DNA from: Myxococcota bacterium
GTDB lineage: Bacteria; Myxococcota; Kuafuiibacteriia; Kuafuiibacteriales; Kuafuiibacteriaceae
Assembly (NCBI GenBank): GCA_050331295.1
Contig: JBHJGZ010000007.1
Span: 350,422 to 414,421, forward strand
Direction: 5' to 3'
Length of the DNA: 64,000 nucleotides
Each line of letters starts with the position of its first letter. Position 1 is the first letter of the stretch. The position numbers and the translations under genes were made by a program. This document shows, one piece after another, positions 58,110-64,000 of this stretch. The notes under the pieces are model-generated. The model did not search any database. It saw only the letters and a program-made list of their open reading frames with translations, and was not told the origin of the DNA.

Positions 58110-58574
58110 ATGAAGGTTTTGTTCGTCTGCTTGGGAAACATCTGCCGGTCTCCCACCGCGGAGGGCGTTTTTCGTTCGCTGGCTGAAGAAGCTGGCGTCG
58201 GTGTAGAGGTCGATTCGGCCGGCACCGGAGCGTGGCACGAAGGAGAGCCACCAGACCGACGCATGAGAGCCGCTGCGCAACGACGGGGCTACCTGCTGGA
58301 TGGTCGCGCTCGCCGAATCGAAGTGGAAGACTTCTTCCGTTTCGATGTCGTGGTGGCCATGGACCGGTCCAACTATCAAGATATCCAGGCTCTACGGCCC
58401 TCGAATGCCAGAGCCCGATTGGTCTTGTTTCGGGATTTCGACCCGACCGCACCCGGAATGGACACCCCGGACCCCTACTACGGAGGCCCCGAGGGCTTCG
58501 ATGAGGTGGTCCGCATCGTCGAACGCACCGGACGAAGTATCCTCGAAGCCCACCGTGCTGGAAGGCTCCCGTGA
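58110..58574 (+). CDS. low-molecular-weight protein-tyrosine phosphatase
   Basis: P-loop CLGNICRS (CX5R) and DPYY motif; 154 aa. Confidence 0.9.
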   Translation: MKVLFVCLGNICRSPTAEGVFRSLAEEAGVGVEVDSAGTGAWHEGEPPDRRMRAAAQRRGYLLDGRARRIEVEDFFRFDVVVAMDRSNYQDIQALRPSNARARLVLFRDFDPTAPGMDTPDPYYGGPEGFDEVVRIVERTGRSILEAHRAGRLP

Positions 58575-59428
58575 ACGACAACTCGTCTTTCGAGCACCTC
58601 TTGCGGCGCTGCGGACTGTCCGAGCGGGTGCTTTCGGTCCAGAAGCTTTCGGGAGGCGACATCAGTCAGGCGTTTCTCGTACACACCCAGCACGGTCCAC
58701 TCTTCGCGAAGGTGAACCACGAGGTTGGTCTATCGTTTGAACCCGAAGCCCTGAGTCTCCGCCTCATGGCCGAGGTCTGTCACATCCTTCGCATACCAGA
58801 GGTGTTGGGCCTGTGTTCCACCACCGAGGAGGGTCCTGGCGCCCTGGTTCTCTCGTATGTCGAGCGAGGACCAACCGGCGGAGACTTTGAGGTCTCTCTG
58901 GCGGAGGGCTTGGCAGAAATGCATCGAGCCACCGCACCCAGCTTCGGTTTTCCATGCGAGACGTACTGCGGCGCAACGATTCAGCCCAATCCTTGGACCG
59001 ATTCCTGGTCGACCTTCTTCGTCGAGCATCGCCTTCGACATCACGCGAGTCTCATGATGAGCCGGGGTCGCATCGCTCACACCCGCGTGTTCGACCAAAT
59101 CGAACCGGACCTTCCGGAGCCCGGCACACCGGCCTTGATCCATGGCGATCTTTGGTCGGGCAACATCATGGCCGATATGAACGGGCGACCGGTCCTCATC
59201 GATCCAGCGGCGTACTACGGTTGCCCGGAGGCGGAGCTCGGTATGCTTACTTGGCTAGGGGGCCGAAGTGAAACCTTCTACCGAACATATGGTGAAGCGT
59301 GCGGTCTTCCCTCCGACTGGCGACAACGCAACCCACTGTACCAGCTGGTCCACGTCATGAACCACGCGACGCTCTTCGGTGGCAGCTACGTCGACCAAGC
59401 GATTCGGCTCGCTCAGCGGCTCACGTAA
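58571..59428 (+). CDS. fructosamine kinase family protein
   Basis: Fructosamine/ketosamine-3-kinase-like motifs (HGDLWSGN, LIDPAAYYG); 4-nt overlap with the phosphatase stop. Confidence 0.8.
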   Translation: MNDNSSFEHLLRRCGLSERVLSVQKLSGGDISQAFLVHTQHGPLFAKVNHEVGLSFEPEALSLRLMAEVCHILRIPEVLGLCSTTEEGPGALVLSYVERGPTGGDFEVSLAEGLAEMHRATAPSFGFPCETYCGATIQPNPWTDSWSTFFVEHRLRHHASLMMSRGRIAHTRVFDQIEPDLPEPGTPALIHGDLWSGNIMADMNGRPVLIDPAAYYGCPEAELGMLTWLGGRSETFYRTYGEACGLPSDWRQRNPLYQLVHVMNHATLFGGSYVDQAIRLAQRLT

Positions 59429-60449
59429 CGTCCTCTTCAAAGTCGATGACGACTTTGCCGAATGCGCCGCCCTGGGAGAGGGCCTCCATCGCTCGCGGTG
59501 CTTCGGCGAAGGGAAAGCGATGGGATACGACCGGGCGAAGCTGGTGGTGCTCGATCGCTTCATTCATCCGCAGGAAATCTTGACGATTGCCGACCAAAAC
59601 CCCCTGCAGACGAACGTTCTGCATCACCACCGGCAATACATTGAACGGAAGCTCTGCTCCCCCCAAGACACCGATCATCGCGATGAAGCCGCCGGGCCGA
59701 ATGCAGCGAACGGACTGATTCAGAGTGTTCGCTCCACCCAGTTCCACGACGTGGGTGACCCCTTGCTTGTTCGTGAGGGCGAGGACCTCCCGAAACCATT
59801 CCGGCTGCTTGGTATAGTTGATGCCAGCCCACGCTCCGAGTTCCTCCGCTTGCCGGAGGCGCTCATCGGAGGAAGACAACAAGATCACGCGGGCACCCTG
59901 CATGACCGCAAACTGTAGTGCAAAGAGGGCCACGCCGCCGGTTCCTTGAATCAACACCGTGTCCGACGAAGACAGGCTTCCTTGCGCCACCAGCGCCGAC
60001 CACGCGGTAAGGGCTGCACAGGGCAAGGTGGCGCCTTCGACAAAACTGAGATGTTCGGGCAGTCGCACGAGTTCGTGGGGATGGAGCACCGTCGTCTCCT
60101 GAAGCATCCCCGGCAGGGGTCCCCCCCGGGTCTGACGGATCCGGTCTCGCGACGGAACCGGCCATCCCTGCCAGTCCTGGAAGAACGTCGCGGCGACCCG
60201 GTCACCGACCTTCCATTCAGTGACCCGCTCTCCTACCGCGACCACCTCTCCCGCGCCGTCGGAAAGTGGCACCAACGGCAGGGGCTGCTTCGGGTTGTAG
60301 AGCCCCTTCACCATCAAGGCATCCCGGTAGTTGATGGAGCAAGCCTTGACCCGAACCTTTACCTGCTCCGGGCCGAGATCCGGATCCGGAAGCTCCACCC
60401 GCTGAAGATGCTCCATGCCAAAGCTGGAAATCTGCCACGCCGACGACAT
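59421..60449 (-). CDS. MDR-family NAD(P)H-dependent oxidoreductase (quinone oxidoreductase / Zn-ADH-like)
   Basis: GroES-like ADH_N domain plus Rossmann GTGGVALFALQ; 342 aa. Confidence 0.85.
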   Translation of the reverse strand: MSSAWQISSFGMEHLQRVELPDPDLGPEQVKVRVKACSINYRDALMVKGLYNPKQPLPLVPLSDGAGEVVAVGERVTEWKVGDRVAATFFQDWQGWPVPSRDRIRQTRGGPLPGMLQETTVLHPHELVRLPEHLSFVEGATLPCAALTAWSALVAQGSLSSSDTVLIQGTGGVALFALQFAVMQGARVILLSSSDERLRQAEELGAWAGINYTKQPEWFREVLALTNKQGVTHVVELGGANTLNQSVRCIRPGGFIAMIGVLGGAELPFNVLPVVMQNVRLQGVLVGNRQDFLRMNEAIEHHQLRPVVSHRFPFAEAPRAMEALSQGGAFGKVVIDFEEDVT

Positions 60450-60453
60450 CTAC

Positions 60454-62436
60454 CTAATCTCCTTCCCAGCGGAAGAACACGCCGGCCAAAGGCGGCAGGA
60501 CGATGTGAGCACTATACGGTCGACCGTGGACTTCCCGCTCTTCCGCTTCGATCTCTCCGAAGTTCCCCATTCCTGAACCCCCATACACATCCGCATCGCC
60601 GTTGAAAATCTCGGCCCACCGTCCCCCCCTGGGCAACCCGATAACGAAATCGGTTCGAGGAACTGGAGTGAAGTTGAATGCAGCCACCACGAGCTGGTCA
60701 CCGCCATCTCCCTTGCGGAGCATGATGACCGTACTCGCCTCCCAGTCGTTGCAGTCTATCCACTCGAAACCGCGGGGGTCGAAGTCCAAGGTATGGAGAG
60801 CCGGTTCCAATCGATGCAATCGATTGAGGTCCGATACGCACCGCATCAACCCGCTGTGGGTAGGATCTGAAAGGAGATGCCAATCCAGGCTGCCGTCGTG
60901 ATTCCATTCGCGACCCTGTCCGAACTCTCCTCCCATGAACACCAGCTTCTTCCCCGGCGTGGCGTGCATATACGCATAAAGAAGCCGGAGATTGGCGAGT
61001 TTTTGCCAGTGGTCACCCGGCATCTTGCCGTATAGAGAGCCCTTACCGTGGACGACTTCGTCATGACTGAGAGGCATGACGAAGTTTTCGTTGTAAGCAT
61101 ATAGTCCACGGAACGTGAGTTGATTGTGGTGATACTTTCGATGGATCGGATCATGGGAAAAATAGTCGAGAGTATCGTGCATCCACCCCATGTCCCATTT
61201 CATGGTGAATCCCAATCCCCCGAGTTCGATGGGCCGCGACACCATGGGCCATGCAGTGGATTCTTCGGCGATGGTCACCGCTCCCGGAAATTCGGCATGG
61301 ACGGTGCGGTTCAGCTGCCGGAGAAAGTCCATCGCTTGAAGATTTTCACGGCCCCCGTACTCGTTCGGGATCCACTCACCGTCTTGGCGGGAATAGTCCA
61401 AGTACAGCATCGAAGCGACTGCATCCACTCGGAGACCGTCCGCGTGGAACTCATCCAACCAATAGCAAGCGGAGCTCATGAGGAAGGACCGGACTTCGAA
61501 CCGGCCATAGTTGAAGATCGCGCTCTTCCAATCCGGATGGTAGCCCTGACGCGGATCCGCGTGCTCGTAGACGTGGGTTCCATCGAAGTACACCAGGCCA
61601 TGTTCGTCGGTTGGGAAATGCGAGGGTACCCAATCGAGGATCACGCCCAACCCGTTTTGATGCAGTACGTCGATCAAGTACTTGAGATCCTCGGGCGACC
61701 CGTACCGCGATGAAGGACAGAAATAACCCGTCGTTTGGTAGCCCCAGGATGCGAAGAAGGGATGCTCCATCACCGGCAGAAGTTCCACGTGGGTGAAGCC
61801 GGTGTCCTGCAGGTGCCGGACCAGCCACTCGGCGAGCTCTCGATAGTTCAGAGACCGGTTTTGGTCTTCTGGCACTCTGCGCCATGACCCGGTGTGGCAC
61901 TCATAGATGCTCATGGGGCGTCGCATGGGACTGGTCGCGCTCCTTGCATTCATCCAGTCTTGGTCGTTCCACCGATACGTACCCTCGTGCACCAAGGACG
62001 CGGTGCTGGGCGGTATCTCGTTGTTGCGGGCCAAAGGATCCGCCTTGTCGACGATGTAGTCTCCGACCCGAGACTGAATTCGGTATTTGTAGCGGCTCCC
62101 GAGGGGTACGTCCTCGACGAAGGCTTCCCAAAGGCCAGAGCCGCCGACGGGGTTCAAGGACGTCCCATCCGGCCTCCAGTCGTTGAAGTCGCCCACGACG
62201 CGGACGTTCTGGGCGTTCGGAGCCCAAACTCCGAAAACCACCCCGCCGTCGCTGGGATGAGCTCCCAGGCATCGATACAAGCGCGTGTGCGTGCCTTCGT
62301 TGAACAGATGAAGGTCGAGTTCGCCGATCAGCGTCTTTTCCACGGTACCCGTCCCTAAGTCGAGCGTGGTCGAATGGGAATCGCCAATCGCGGGTTCGAG
62401 ACCCGAATGCTGGGGACCGTTGCCTTCCCCTCCCAA
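60454..62436 (-). CDS. glgB: 1,4-alpha-glucan branching enzyme
   Basis: CBM48 N-terminus (VVGDFNDWRP) and GH13 catalytic core (GLRVDAV, EFGQGREW); 660 aa. Confidence 0.9.
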   Translation of the reverse strand: MGGEGNGPQHSGLEPAIGDSHSTTLDLGTGTVEKTLIGELDLHLFNEGTHTRLYRCLGAHPSDGGVVFGVWAPNAQNVRVVGDFNDWRPDGTSLNPVGGSGLWEAFVEDVPLGSRYKYRIQSRVGDYIVDKADPLARNNEIPPSTASLVHEGTYRWNDQDWMNARSATSPMRRPMSIYECHTGSWRRVPEDQNRSLNYRELAEWLVRHLQDTGFTHVELLPVMEHPFFASWGYQTTGYFCPSSRYGSPEDLKYLIDVLHQNGLGVILDWVPSHFPTDEHGLVYFDGTHVYEHADPRQGYHPDWKSAIFNYGRFEVRSFLMSSACYWLDEFHADGLRVDAVASMLYLDYSRQDGEWIPNEYGGRENLQAMDFLRQLNRTVHAEFPGAVTIAEESTAWPMVSRPIELGGLGFTMKWDMGWMHDTLDYFSHDPIHRKYHHNQLTFRGLYAYNENFVMPLSHDEVVHGKGSLYGKMPGDHWQKLANLRLLYAYMHATPGKKLVFMGGEFGQGREWNHDGSLDWHLLSDPTHSGLMRCVSDLNRLHRLEPALHTLDFDPRGFEWIDCNDWEASTVIMLRKGDGGDQLVVAAFNFTPVPRTDFVIGLPRGGRWAEIFNGDADVYGGSGMGNFGEIEAEEREVHGRPYSAHIVLPPLAGVFFRWEGD

Positions 62437-62445
62437 AAAAACGCG

Positions 62446-64000
62446 TCAAGGCCCGCGAAAAGGAGCGGATCCCAACGTTTCGACCACCACCGGCTCGTCA
62501 GCCGCTCCCAGCCCAGACGACTTAGGGCCGAGGACCCAAAGCCCCACCCCCGGAATCGCGAATGTACCGGAGTGTACGGTTGTTCCTCCCTCAGGGTCGC
62601 AGGCAGCCTCCGAGGACAACACCACGTGCCATTCCCCTGGCGGGAGCTCGACGGTTTGACCTCGGTCCGAGAAACTGGCTACCGCGACCCAGCCGGGCCA
62701 CTCCATTCGAAAGACGCTCTCTTCGAATACGGTTCCGCTGGCGGATCCCTTCGCCAAACGCGCCCGGAGTTCCAAAAGGGCACGAACGTACTCTTCATTC
62801 TCAATCCGAGTGGCCTCCGGGAGCGCCTCAGGATCGAGAATGGAGGCTCGAAACACCTCGACACCAGAGGGGTCGGGGGGATCATTTTTCCATCCGAACG
62901 TGCGCACCTGTCGCTCGCGCCCTCGCTTGACGGCGCTTCGGAGATCGGCGTCACCGTAGTCGACGAAAAAGTAGAACGGTTTCGTCTCACCGTACTCTTC
63001 CCCCATGAACAACAGCGGGACCCACGGAGACAGCAGCACGACCGCAAGTGCGACCCGGTGTCGCTCGAATCCGATCAAGCTGGGGAGACGGGCACCATCG
63101 GGCCGATTCCCAATCTGGTCGTGATTCTGGGAATACACCACCAGCTGAGAAGCTTCGATGCCGTCGAGGGCGCGACCGTGCCGGCGATTGCGGAAGCGGC
63201 TCCTGCTCCCTTCGTATGCGGCGCCGCGCTCCCAAGCCTTCCGAACGTCCTCCAACGTGCCGAAATCTGCGTAGTAGCCGGCCGTCTCATCCGTGAGAAA
63301 GGCATGAAGTGCGTGGTGCAAGTCTTCGGCCCACATGGCGTCGAGCCCGTAGCCGGTACGCCGGACATAGCGAGGATCGTTTTGATCGCTCTCTGCGATG
63401 AGAACAATCCGGCGGTCCTCCTCGGTTTCCAGTCGTCGTACAGCCTGCGAAAGCTCCTCCAAGATATGCATCGGACTTCGATCGAGGATCAGGTCGACCG
63501 CGTCGAGTCGGAGTCCATCGATACGATAGTCCCGGACCCATTCCAGTGCGTTTTGGATGATGAAGCGCCGAACCTGGTCGCTGTGCGCCGAGTCGAAATT
63601 GAATCCGTCACCCCAGGGCGTTCGAAAGAACTTGGAGAAGTACGGACCATACTCGTGCAGATAGTTCCCCTCCGGACCCAAGTGATTGTACACGACGTCC
63701 AGGATCACCGAGAGGCCTTCTCGATGACAGGCATCCACGAAGCCCTTCAGGGCATCTGGACCGCCGTAACTTTCGTGGACGGAATAGAGATACACGCCGT
63801 CGTAGCCCCAGTTGCGCAAGCCGGGGAAAGAAGCGACGGGCATCAACTCCACAGCGGTGATACCCAGTCTCTTCAAGTGCGGAAGTTTCGACGAAGCCGC
63901 GGTGAGGTCTCCTTGGGGGGTGAACGTCCCGATGTGCATCTCGTAGAAAACGGCCTCCGGCAAGTGGAGACCGGGGTGCTCATGAGCCCATGGATATTCG
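62446..64000 (-). CDS. treZ: malto-oligosyltrehalose trehalohydrolase paralog (GH13), 5' end beyond the window
   Basis: Collinear with the first treZ (DVVYNHLGPEGNY, GLRLDAV, QNHDQIGNR) at roughly 50% identity by eye; the ORF is open to the window end. Confidence 0.8.
   Translation of the reverse strand, partial: EYPWAHEHPGLHLPEAVFYEMHIGTFTPQGDLTAASSKLPHLKRLGITAVELMPVASFPGLRNWGYDGVYLYSVHESYGGPDALKGFVDACHREGLSVILDVVYNHLGPEGNYLHEYGPYFSKFFRTPWGDGFNFDSAHSDQVRRFIIQNALEWVRDYRIDGLRLDAVDLILDRSPMHILEELSQAVRRLETEEDRRIVLIAESDQNDPRYVRRTGYGLDAMWAEDLHHALHAFLTDETAGYYADFGTLEDVRKAWERGAAYEGSRSRFRNRRHGRALDGIEASQLVVYSQNHDQIGNRPDGARLPSLIGFERHRVALAVVLLSPWVPLLFMGEEYGETKPFYFFVDYGDADLRSAVKRGRERQVRTFGWKNDPPDPSGVEVFRASILDPEALPEATRIENEEYVRALLELRARLAKGSASGTVFEESVFRMEWPGWVAVASFSDRGQTVELPPGEWHVVLSSEAACDPEGGTTVHSGTFAIPGVGLWVLGPKSSGLGAADEPVVVETLGSAPFRGP

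Noticed and set aside
1-64000. CRISPR arrays, IS elements, integrases, phage genes and tRNA or rRNA genes across the window
   Set aside because: No regularly spaced repeats, transposase or integrase-like ORFs, or tRNA cloverleaf candidates were found by inspection. A computational scan (tRNAscan-SE, CRISPRCasFinder, ISfinder) could still reveal small elements.

Overview
High-GC (~65%) bacterial chromosomal segment that is densely coding on both strands, with no rRNA, tRNA, CRISPR array or obvious mobile element found by eye. I support about 58 protein-coding genes. The main blocks are listed below.

- **Molybdenum hydroxylase island (3.1-18.8 kb).** A form-II carbon-monoxide-dehydrogenase-like enzyme with gene order coxS-coxL-coxM and the AYRGAGR active-site motif, followed by coxD (MoxR AAA+), an acyl-AMP/CoA ligase-like adenylating enzyme embedded between coxD and coxE, coxE (VWA), and a PAS hybrid histidine kinase 10 nt downstream. 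A split xdhC chaperone and a cytidylyltransferase fusion lie nearby, divergent from sufS-sufU.
- **Osmolyte and carbon-storage genes.** treY-treZ, a second treZ paralog next to glgB, and a glycine-to-betaine methyltransferase pair (GSMT/SDMT) directly upstream of an ATGA-coupled D-2-hydroxyglutarate-dehydrogenase-like/serA pair.
- **Methylmalonyl-CoA mutase cluster.** mutA-mutB-meaB.
- **speH-speE and purE-purK.**
- **Lipid and envelope genes.** cls, a GNAT/PlsC pair, and a sigma-54-regulator-headed string of methyltransferase, two thioredoxin-like lipoproteins, a STAS-MlaE fusion, MlaF, MlaD and a PqiC-like lipoprotein.
- **Signalling-type cluster.** A tandem-domain START-fold (SRPBCC-like) secreted protein coupled to apaH, then a low-molecular-weight tyrosine phosphatase and a fructosamine-kinase homolog.

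The most unusual feature is the adenylating enzyme translationally coupled (GTGA overlap) inside the Mo-Cu hydroxylase maturation module, together with the split XdhC and the SufS/SufU link. Many ORFs in the six-frame track are antisense artefacts of the high GC content and are rejected. ORF-track starts may be GTG/TTG alternative starts shown as M.
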